Shown: positions 1 through 7,444 of the stretch, piece after piece
How positions within the stretch are numbered: the first letter of the stretch is position 1
Layout of the letters: each line of letters opens with the position of its first letter
From: a virus
Lineage: Duplodnaviria; Caudoviricetes
IMG/VR virus record: IMGVR_UViG_3300031885_000081
Span: 1-29,233 of that record
Length of the DNA: 29,233 bases
Reading direction: 5' to 3' (one strand)
Made by a program: the position numbers and the translations under genes
The notes under the pieces: model-generated
Databases searched by the model: none
What the model saw: the letters and a program-made list of their open reading frames with translations, nothing else
Told to the model about the DNA's origin: nothing

Positions 1-2
1 AC

Positions 3-176
3 CCCTCCGATCCTTACAACAGTCTCCCGCCATATCAGCATGGGCTAGTTACTCCTGAACAGGATGAGCGGCTGGCGCGTGCGCTCGCAGAAGGCCCTCC
101 GTGGGAGCGCGCGGAGGAACTGCGACCAGAGCGATCACCGCGACCCATCCCGCCACCCTTGCCAGGGCATCGGTAG
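3..176 (+). CDS. 3' end of a Pro-rich hypothetical protein (truncated by window edge)
   Basis: Open frame from position 3 (PSDPYNSLPP...PIPPPLPGHR) to TAG 174-176, three nt before the next ATG. Confidence 0.55.
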   Translation, partial: PSDPYNSLPPYQHGLVTPEQDERLARALAEGPPWERAEELRPERSPRPIPPPLPGHR

Positions 177-179
177 GCT

Positions 180-1484
180 ATGGCTACGGTTCCCGTGGTT
201 TTCGGCTCCTACTCTGTACCTTGGGATTGGTGGATAACACTATACGACTTTGTACGGACGGCGGGCCACGTGACCGATCCGTTCGATGGCAACTGCGACC
301 GGATAACCGCCTACCTCGCCATTGGCGCGGCGGAGAGTGGGTGGCGCGTTGACGCTGATGGGGCCTACATCTGCGACTGTTGTGCGTGCGGAGAGTGCAG
401 CCACTGCGATATGTGCTCACTGCTTTGCGATGATAATACCAAGTCGCCGTATCAGAAGGCGCAGGAGCACTACGGCGGGAACGCATATACCTCGCACGGC
501 CCCTATCAGGTAAGCGTCTGCGGAGGCCAGGCTAGCGCCTGGAAGTGTGCACCCGCCGAGCTGCATGACCCTGCCACCCACCTCTTGATCGCGTTGCCGC
601 CGATCAGAGATGCGATCAATAACTACTGGGATGACAGCGCGCCAATTGAGACGAACGTCTGTAACGCGGCGCTGGGAAGCGGCCATCCCTGCTACTTCTG
701 TCTGGACTGCAGCGAGTACCGGATACAGAACATTATCGGGTGCTTCAATAACATGAGGCAGTCCGTTTGTGCTTGGCTAGCAGGAAACGCGCCGCCTCCG
801 CCCGTTGATCCTAACTGCGAGCCTAGCCCGATGCCTGACCTTCCTTTCGGCACGGCGTCGGCACGTCCTATGCCCCCCCTGCCACCAGACGTCGCCTCGC
901 CCTGGCCAATGCCACCCTTGCCCAATCAAGGGAGCCCGTGTGCAAGCGGCGGAGGGGGAGACCCTACGGGGTTACAGTGGCAATGCCCACTGACGGGAAG
1001 TTTCGCGGTATCCCAGCCCTACGGGGGCAGTTGCGCGGCGGGAACCTACTGGTGCGACGATGAGCTGCCCGATGCTCCTGGTAATCAGTGCGGCCATTCG
1101 GGAGTTGACCTGGACACGTTCGGCGTAAACATCGACGTGCGTCCGGCGGCGGGATGGGGGGACGGCACCACGAAGGTCTGGGTCGCGATGGTCGGGTATG
1201 ACGCCCAGGCCGGTAACTACGTGGTGCTGCGCCACGCGGATAACTACTACAATCAGATGATCGAGACCGCGTACTTCCACCTGGACTCGGTCGCCGTGCA
1301 GCAGAATACCTGGATTGACTGGACGACCATCATCGGGCAGACGGGCACGACGGGATGGTCAAGCGGCATCCACTTGCACTTTGAGGTGCGCGTCGCAACC
1401 CTGCCGGACATAACGTGTGGCTGTGCCTACCCTGCTTGCGCGCAACGCATGAATCCGGCGAGATTCGTTCCATGTGTGGCATAG
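180..1484 (+). CDS. Cys-rich peptidoglycan hydrolase: N-terminal lysozyme/SLT-like domain, Pro-rich linker, C-terminal M23 peptidase
   Basis: M23 Zn motifs HSGVD (HxxxD), GNYVVLRH, YFHL, IGQTGTTGWSSGIHLHFEVR; SLT-like motifs AIGAAESG and SHGPYQ in the N-terminus. Confidence 0.85.
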   Translation: MATVPVVFGSYSVPWDWWITLYDFVRTAGHVTDPFDGNCDRITAYLAIGAAESGWRVDADGAYICDCCACGECSHCDMCSLLCDDNTKSPYQKAQEHYGGNAYTSHGPYQVSVCGGQASAWKCAPAELHDPATHLLIALPPIRDAINNYWDDSAPIETNVCNAALGSGHPCYFCLDCSEYRIQNIIGCFNNMRQSVCAWLAGNAPPPPVDPNCEPSPMPDLPFGTASARPMPPLPPDVASPWPMPPLPNQGSPCASGGGGDPTGLQWQCPLTGSFAVSQPYGGSCAAGTYWCDDELPDAPGNQCGHSGVDLDTFGVNIDVRPAAGWGDGTTKVWVAMVGYDAQAGNYVVLRHADNYYNQMIETAYFHLDSVAVQQNTWIDWTTIIGQTGTTGWSSGIHLHFEVRVATLPDITCGCAYPACAQRMNPARFVPCVA

Positions 1485-1485
1485 G

Positions 1486-1557
1486 GGTATCCTTCTACCG
1501 TTTTCGGCGGAGACTGGCAAGGATTCGCCCCACAGCGCCGCAGGATCGGCGTGTGAG
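1486..1557. repeat. Intergenic element, copy 1 (second copy at 22115-22186)
   Basis: GGTA-N6-TACCG, N19, AGGATT, N11, GCCGCAGGATCGGCGT-N-TGAG aligns without gaps to 22115-22186. Confidence 0.8.
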
Positions 1558-1621
1558 AGGGGGTCGCGCGAATGGCTAGACTGAAGCGATCCTTCATACA
1601 TTTGAGGGCGGAGGTAGCTTG

Positions 1622-1876
1622 ATGGCACGTATTGAAGCTCCGGCTTACTTTCCGTACAGGTTACTCATCTTTGCTGCCAATGGAACCTTTATCTTACGCA
1701 GCTTCAACGACCGTGTCGTGCGCGACCGCGAGGCGAGGATGCTGGCCGACGGGATACCAGCGCTGATGGTTGACGTGGTGGCGACCGTCAATGGCGGCGA
1801 CTATCCGAGCGGGCTGGCCGATCCCCCACCAGTTCGCCCAAAGTCCTGGCGCAAACCCCCCAGACGGCCACGGTAG
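1622..1876 (+). CDS. Hypothetical protein
   Basis: GGAGG at 1610-1614, ATG 1622; basic C-terminus. Confidence 0.65.
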   Translation: MARIEAPAYFPYRLLIFAANGTFILRSFNDRVVRDREARMLADGIPALMVDVVATVNGGDYPSGLADPPPVRPKSWRKPPRRPR

Positions 1877-1888
1877 CCGTGGTATACT
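1860..1888 (+). promoter_or_regulatory. Putative sigma70-type promoter with a palindrome in the spacer
   Basis: CCAGAC-N17-TATACT with TGG extended -10; CCACGG-TAG-CCGTGG inverted repeat at 1868-1882. Confidence 0.55.
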
Positions 1889-1936
1889 AGCCTCACAAAA
1901 GTCGTATTTCGTATTTTCTGGAAGGAGGCACCCTCT

Positions 1937-2974
1937 GTGAGGTTGGCTGTTGTTGAGCCCGCGAAGGGCACAACTCTGGAGGAGGCGCGGAGCGCCGCGC
2001 TTCATAACCAGCCCGACTACATCACCATCCCGCGCAGCGAGCTGCGCATGGACGCATCTAGTGGCCATATCCGTGCGGGCGGTTTCGACGGCCCTGCCAC
2101 TGAGCTGGCCTTGTCCAAGCTCCTCCGGCCCACGGGCCTGCCTATCCGCTATATGGCACAGGCCCCGAACGACCTGGCTGCGCACAACTTCAACTTCTGG
2201 TTTCCGCGCCAGCGAGGGAGCGTGAAGCTGGCCGTCGCGAACGGTATGATCATCGGCGCGATGAAGGACAACTACACCCCGATCCCGCACCTGCGGATCG
2301 TCGAGCGCGCCGAGGAGTACATCGGGCGCTACCCCCTGCGCGAGGAGCCCGTCCTCAAGGAGTTCATCCTTCGCAACGAAGACCTGCGCCTGCGGATCAC
2401 CTCTCCGACAGCGACGGCGCGCGTGGCACCGAAGGTTGGAGACATCGTCGAATGCGGCGTTGACCTGATCAATCACGAGTCCATCAAGGGCTATCTCGAC
2501 GTTCAGGCCCTGTTCTACCGACTGGTCTGCGCCAACGGCGCTGTCACCCACGACGTCGGGTTCTCGAAGCGGGCGCGTCAGATCGGATGGCAGGATCATG
2601 ACGCCATTCTGGATCGGGCCTTCGAGTACGTCGAAGAGGCCTACGGCATCGTGGCAGCGAAGGCAGCCGTGCTGCCTGAGCTGGTGGACATGCCGCTGCC
2701 GGACTTCGTGCTGGCCGAGGGAGAAGACGCCGACGACAGTCGCAAGCCCTGGCTCCGCGACGTGCTCCGGCTGGGGCGCGTTCCGAGGAAGATGGGCAGC
2801 GACCTGGTCGAGGCCCTGCACAGCGAGGACGCCACGGTCTATGGACTCTACAACGGACTGTCCCGCCTGGGGCGGGATTCCGCTGACCCTGCACTACGGC
2901 TGCGATGGGAAGTCGCGGCGGGTGCCCTCCTGTCCCCAGTCACGGCAGCGCGGTTCGCTGCCACCAGCAACTAG
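1937..2974 (+). CDS. DUF932/DUF945-like phage protein
   Basis: YRLVCANG motif, NYTPIPH and GDIVECGVDLIN segments; AAGGAGG RBS before GTG. Confidence 0.7.
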   Translation: MRLAVVEPAKGTTLEEARSAALHNQPDYITIPRSELRMDASSGHIRAGGFDGPATELALSKLLRPTGLPIRYMAQAPNDLAAHNFNFWFPRQRGSVKLAVANGMIIGAMKDNYTPIPHLRIVERAEEYIGRYPLREEPVLKEFILRNEDLRLRITSPTATARVAPKVGDIVECGVDLINHESIKGYLDVQALFYRLVCANGAVTHDVGFSKRARQIGWQDHDAILDRAFEYVEEAYGIVAAKAAVLPELVDMPLPDFVLAEGEDADDSRKPWLRDVLRLGRVPRKMGSDLVEALHSEDATVYGLYNGLSRLGRDSADPALRLRWEVAAGALLSPVTAARFAATSN

Positions 2975-3032
2975 CGAGCAAGGGGGCCTTGCCAGGTAGA
3001 TAAGAGCGAAGCCGGTTTGCTGACCATACCTG

Positions 3033-5681
3033 GTGGACAGCTTCGCCGCCCAGTGCCGTCTCATGAGAAACGACGAATTCGCAGCCCCTGCCCTGTTCGA
3101 TACCGACGCATTTCGGGTTAAGCAGCCACGCACGCTGCGCCCGCGTGCGCCGGTAGACCTGTCTGCGCTGGCGGTAACGATGGATGGTAATCCTAACTGC
3201 CGCCGGTGCTCGCTATGGGAAGGCTGCAAGAGCGCTTGCATCATGGGCGAGGGGCCGGTGCCTTGTGACGTTGCCGTGTACGGCGAGTCCCCTGGGCCGG
3301 AAGAGGATGCGCTCCGGCGCTCCTGGATAGGGCCAGTAGGTAAGTTCCTGCGTAAGGCCTTGGATGAAGCGGGGCTGCCCTCAGATCAGGTCTACCTGTC
3401 GAATGTCCTCAAGTGCAAGCTCAAGACCGCATCGGATGGGAAGCGCGTTCCCCCGACCCCCAAACAAGCCAAGGCGTGTGCTCCCTATCGAGAGGCCGAG
3501 CTACGGTATGTCAAGCCTCGCTTCATTATTCTGCTAGGTGATGAGGCGCTTAGGGCCTTCACCAGAAAAGGTAAAATCACAGCGGCGCGCGGCGGCGAAA
3601 TCTACGATGCAGCGGAGAACTGTTACTACCTGCCGACCTACCACCCCTCCTACGTGATGCGGGATCGGCGCAGGCTGGATCGATTCTGGGCAGACCTAGA
3701 GAAGTTCGTTCAACTGATCAAGGGAGAGGCCCCTGCCCAGGACGTCATCATTCGGCACGTCCTTGATGCTGACACGGCCCTAGAGTGCCTTGACGCACTA
3801 GGGAAGGCCGATGTCATCGCAGCGGACATCGAGACGACGGGCCTGATAGACTACCGACCTGGAGCACGTGTTCTCAGCATCGCCTTGTGCGGGGACGGTA
3901 AGACTGGCTGGGCGATTCCGCTTGATCACCCGCAGTCCCCCTGGGGGGGAGACGCACTCGACGCTGTTTACGAGGAGATCTTCCGCCTGCTGTACGAGAA
4001 GCAGGTCACCAACCACGCGACGAAGTTCGACCTTCGCTGGCTGGCGCGGCTCAGAGGGTTTGACATCTGGAAGATGACCAAGCCTCCCCGCGACACCAAG
4101 GTGATGTCTCACTTGCTAGACGAGAACGAACCAAAGGGGCATCACTTGAAGCCGATCGTTCGTGATGAGCTGGGCGCACCCAACTACGCGGCGGGTGTGG
4201 ACTTCAAGGAGGGGATCGGCCCCTGCGCGTTACGAGGCGAGCCTCTTGCCCTGGGCGACCTGCTAGACTACAATGCCCAGGACGCCGTATGGACACATCG
4301 CCTGGATACGCTGCAGTACGGGCGCATTCTCCAGCAGCCTAAGATCGCGCGGCTGCATCGCATGGTGCTGCTGCCTGCCTATCGCGCGCTCATCGAGATG
4401 GAGCTGAACGGAGTCTACGTCGACCCTGAGCGACTACCGGAGCACGCCAGCGACCTGCGCAGGCTGCTTGCCGAACTGCACCAGCGGATGTTCGAGGAGT
4501 TCGGTGTCAAGCCGGAGAGCTTCCGCAAGCAGGCTTTCCTTATCAACTGGATTTACGGCCCGCCGCCTGGCGGGTTAGGCATTCCCATCACGGATCGGAC
4601 GGAGAAGACAGGGCGGCCTGTCGTATCAGAGAAGAAACTAGCCTATCACCGCGACGAGTGTCCGGCCATTGACCTCTACTTGGAGATCAAGGAAGTCCAG
4701 AAACTGCTGGATACGTACTTGGGGACGGAGACGGAGGGCACGACGACCAAGAAGGTGACGGGCTGGCCTAAGCTGATCTCCCCTGAGACGCACCGTCTTT
4801 ACCCCTACTATAATCCGTGGGGCACAGTGACAGGCCGCGCGTCGGCAGAGAAGCCGAACGTCCAGCAGACGGCACGCGATCCTCGTGTCCGATCAGTGAT
4901 CTGTGCGCCTCCTGGCTATAAGCTAGTGTCGCTTGACTACGCTCAGATCGAGCTTCGCGTTGCGGCGGCCATGTGGGACGACGGGCCGTTCCTGAAGACC
5001 TTTGCGGCGGGGCGCGACCCTCACCGCGAGGGCGCGGCATGGGTGACGGGCAAGGCCTTAGACGTGGTCACCTACGAGGAGCGCTCCCGCGCCAAGGGGC
5101 GGCACTTTGGCTACCTCTACGGCATGGGCGCGCCCAAGTACCAAGGGTACGCGTTCCGAAACTATGGCTTGAGGCTGACCCTGTCGGAGGCCGAGGAAGA
5201 CCGGCGAGTGTTCTTCGAGCAGCACCCAGGCGTCGTCGCAGGGCACGAGCTGTATCGCGGGCTAGCGCACAATGATAAGCAAGTGGAGTCCTTGCTTGGA
5301 CGTCTACGGCACCTGCCAGACATCGATTCGAGCGATAGGGGGCTGCAGAGTTATACGGAACGGCAGGCAGTCAACTCGCCCGTGCAGTCTACCGCGAGCG
5401 ACTTCACGTATTGGAGTATGGGGCTGATCTACACGCCAGAAGTGATGATCGCGCTCGGCCTGTCTGGTATACTACCACGTGACGAGATTCGGCTGGTGGC
5501 CTGGATTCACGACGCGTTGCTGTTCGAGATTCGCGAGGACAAGGTGGATCACTACGTGCCCGTGCTAAAGCGGATCATGGAGACTCTCCCGCTGCTAGAG
5601 CTAGACCCCGATGTGTGGTTCCCTGTCCCTCTAGTGGTAGACGTTGAGATTACTCAATGCTGGGGCGATAAAGCATCATGA
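3033..5681 (+). CDS. polA: Family A DNA polymerase with N-terminal family-4 uracil-DNA glycosylase-like domain and 3'-5' exonuclease (SPO1-like architecture); true start may be ATG 3063 or 3180
   Basis: UDG: CRRC, GESPGPEE, NVLKC, TYHPS. Exo I-III: DIETTG, NHATKFD, YNAQD. Pol motifs: TGRAS, DYAQIELR, RAKGRHFGYLYG, HDA. Confidence 0.95.
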   Translation: MDSFAAQCRLMRNDEFAAPALFDTDAFRVKQPRTLRPRAPVDLSALAVTMDGNPNCRRCSLWEGCKSACIMGEGPVPCDVAVYGESPGPEEDALRRSWIGPVGKFLRKALDEAGLPSDQVYLSNVLKCKLKTASDGKRVPPTPKQAKACAPYREAELRYVKPRFIILLGDEALRAFTRKGKITAARGGEIYDAAENCYYLPTYHPSYVMRDRRRLDRFWADLEKFVQLIKGEAPAQDVIIRHVLDADTALECLDALGKADVIAADIETTGLIDYRPGARVLSIALCGDGKTGWAIPLDHPQSPWGGDALDAVYEEIFRLLYEKQVTNHATKFDLRWLARLRGFDIWKMTKPPRDTKVMSHLLDENEPKGHHLKPIVRDELGAPNYAAGVDFKEGIGPCALRGEPLALGDLLDYNAQDAVWTHRLDTLQYGRILQQPKIARLHRMVLLPAYRALIEMELNGVYVDPERLPEHASDLRRLLAELHQRMFEEFGVKPESFRKQAFLINWIYGPPPGGLGIPITDRTEKTGRPVVSEKKLAYHRDECPAIDLYLEIKEVQKLLDTYLGTETEGTTTKKVTGWPKLISPETHRLYPYYNPWGTVTGRASAEKPNVQQTARDPRVRSVICAPPGYKLVSLDYAQIELRVAAAMWDDGPFLKTFAAGRDPHREGAAWVTGKALDVVTYEERSRAKGRHFGYLYGMGAPKYQGYAFRNYGLRLTLSEAEEDRRVFFEQHPGVVAGHELYRGLAHNDKQVESLLGRLRHLPDIDSSDRGLQSYTERQAVNSPVQSTASDFTYWSMGLIYTPEVMIALGLSGILPRDEIRLVAWIHDALLFEIREDKVDHYVPVLKRIMETLPLLELDPDVWFPVPLVVDVEITQCWGDKAS

Positions 5682-6096
5682 GCGAAGCGCTGGCGTGGGC
5701 TGCTGGGTTCGTTGACGGAGAGGGCTGTTTGGCGGCTCAGATGAGCCACTACTTTACACTCAGGCTCGATGTCGTTAATACTTATCGGCCCGCGATAGAG
5801 AGGCTCCAGCAGCTATTCGGAGGAGTTGGCAGGGTGTATAGCCTGGGGCGGGGTCACAGCCTCGGGCGTAAACCTGTTTGGGGCTGGAGAGTTCATGGGC
5901 GCGAAGCCCAGGACGTTGTGAGCCGCGTTCGCCCGTGGTTGGTGGTTAAGGCCCGACACGCGGACGTGTTCTGTGCCGCCCCTGCGGGCCATCTACGTCG
6001 AACAGGGGAGGGGGGCGCGATCGGCGGCGCTTGCCGATCTGGATCAAGATCGCACAGGCGGTCGCCTTTATGGAGTTAAGGAGGCTGAACCATTGA
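5678..6096 (+). pseudogene. Free-standing LAGLIDADG homing endonuclease, apparently frameshifted near its 3' end
   Basis: LAWAAGFVDGEG motif, LQQLFGG, PWLVVK. The annotated frame stops at 6079, while the -1 frame gives ...MELRRLNH-TGA at 6096, overlapping the next TTG start. Confidence 0.75.
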
Positions 6097-6428
6097 CAGA
6101 CGCAGACAATACCATAGAGGACACGGCGACGGAGCGCGAGGCCTTCCCCCAGGGCGGGGATCGCCCTGGCCCTGGTGAAGAGGGTTACGTGCGCTGCGAT
6201 TACGGGCACCTTGGGCCAATAATGACTATCGACGAGGGCGTGCCCTTCGACGGCCCGAAGGGACAGTTCAACCCTTACTGCGTAAGCTGTATAAATCTGT
6301 GGGTGATTAAGCAGGCGGGCCTGACGCCGATGAGGTTCTTCATTCAGAAGCACTCCTATCGGGCCGTCCAGCCGAAGCTGATCGTGCCAGGGAGGGAGTT
6401 GTCGAATGAGTTTGAGCGACGAGGCTGA
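6093..6428 (+). CDS. Small Zn-finger-like hypothetical protein (paralog A)
   Basis: AAGGAGG 6078-6084, TTG 6093; CDYGH...YCVSC..WVIKQAGLTPM. Confidence 0.7.
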   Translation: MTDADNTIEDTATEREAFPQGGDRPGPGEEGYVRCDYGHLGPIMTIDEGVPFDGPKGQFNPYCVSCINLWVIKQAGLTPMRFFIQKHSYRAVQPKLIVPGRELSNEFERRG

Positions 6429-6687
6429 GACCACTATCTACAGCGTGCAGGTGTGTCGGTGCCAGGCTGGGCACGAGTTGCTGCCCCAGGGCGCGATCAC
6501 CTTCGGCGAGAATATGCAGGCCGGTATTCCTACTGGCGTCGACAATCGCTACTGCCCTGTCTGCGTGTTCTCATGGGTGATTAAGGAACTCGGTCTGCGA
6601 CCGATGGAGCTGATCAGCAAGCCCCTTGAGATTCCGAAGGAACTCTATGACCAGTTGATGAGGCAAGCGGGAGGGCCTGGCGAGTGA
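6406..6687 (+). CDS. Small Zn-finger-like hypothetical protein (paralog B)
   Basis: CQAGH...YCPVC..WVIKELGLRPM; GGAGGGAG upstream. Confidence 0.75.
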   Translation: MSLSDEAETTIYSVQVCRCQAGHELLPQGAITFGENMQAGIPTGVDNRYCPVCVFSWVIKELGLRPMELISKPLEIPKELYDQLMRQAGGPGE

Positions 6688-6878
6688 AGAGCCTCTACTT
6701 CTATAGGGAGGGCTCTGTGCGGATTCCCCTCACTCCGGTCAGGCTGTTCGTGTCCGGCGAGGGCTTCTCTGCGGTGCGTATCGGCGGGCCAGTCTTCGCG
6801 TTCGGACGGCGCTACGGGATGGTGATCCTGGAGCTGGTATTCCTGAACCTGACGGTAGGGTGGGACACAGAAAGGTAG
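6684..6878 (+). CDS. Small beta-rich hydrophobic hypothetical protein
   Basis: GTGA overlap with upstream stop; GGAGG upstream. Confidence 0.6.
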   Translation: MKSLYFYREGSVRIPLTPVRLFVSGEGFSAVRIGGPVFAFGRRYGMVILELVFLNLTVGWDTER

Positions 6879-6883
6879 CCGAC

Positions 6884-7444
6884 GTGACAAAGAGCAAGGA
6901 CGAGATGGCTCTGCTTACGGGGCGCGTCCTGGACGGCGAGATCGCGGCGGACGTGATTGTCGCCTTTGAGGAGCTGTCCCAGAAGCTGCTCGTGGCAGAG
7001 AAGGCGCGGGAGAGCGCGGAGACGGAGCGCGAAGACCTGCGTAAGGCCTTCTTCGCGCTGGCGACCGAGCTGGTCGGGGCGGACACCCGCTACAGTTACG
7101 ACGTGAAGGCCACAGGCCGCCGCCTGCAGCGCGTGGTCGTGTTCGGCGCACCGACCGTGCACTACGACCGCCTTGAGACCGTCCTGGCCCCTGAAGTGTT
7201 CACTCGTGTGGTCAAGAAGCAGGAAATCACGACGACCACTGTTACCTACGAGCTGGACTACGAGGCCATGCGGGAGGCCATCAACAAGGAGGAGATTACA
7301 CGGGCGCAGCTCGAGGCCTGCGTTGACGCGGGCAGGGTGACTTGCCGACTGATGCATACGCGGATCAAGAAGGGCGAGCCCGCGCCGGAGCCAGAGGAGA
7401 TACCTGCGCCAGCACACCCCCTGGATGCAATCATCAAGTGGTAG
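6884..7444 (+). CDS. Hypothetical protein with N-terminal coiled coil
   Basis: GAAAGG then GTG 6884; heptad-like EELSQKLLVAEKARESAETEREDLRK. Confidence 0.75.
   Translation: MTKSKDEMALLTGRVLDGEIAADVIVAFEELSQKLLVAEKARESAETEREDLRKAFFALATELVGADTRYSYDVKATGRRLQRVVVFGAPTVHYDRLETVLAPEVFTRVVKKQEITTTTVTYELDYEAMREAINKEEITRAQLEACVDAGRVTCRLMHTRIKKGEPAPEPEEIPAPAHPLDAIIKW

Noticed and set aside
174-182. TAG followed in frame by GCT-ATG, suggesting amber readthrough or stop-codon reassignment
   Set aside because: All recognisable genes are full length under the standard code and several end properly in TAG, so there is no sign of recoding.
1694-2821. Long minus-strand ORF (375 aa) and the other antisense ORFs in the track
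   Set aside because: They shadow well-supported + strand genes, as expected in high-GC DNA, and show no motifs.
2991-3046. HDV-like (theta) ribozyme: G-U at the base of stem 1 followed by GG, with nested topology
   Set aside because: The loop lacks the UCC/UYC needed for P1.1, there is no C-N-R-A catalytic junction, and no tRNA is adjacent. Kept only as a generic pseudoknot candidate.
3033-5681. Modified-base genome (Z, hmU or dU) inferred from the polymerase
   Set aside because: No purZ, dCMP deaminase, hydroxymethylase or similar gene is in the window; the fusion alone is not sufficient evidence.
5973-6092. N-terminal extension of the 5973-6428 ORF
   Set aside because: The strong RBS and TTGA coupling place the start at 6093.
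5678-6096. Intein or group I intron in the polymerase
   Set aside because: The polymerase is complete through motif C and its WG end, and it stops before the endonuclease. No splicing motifs or intron core are visible.
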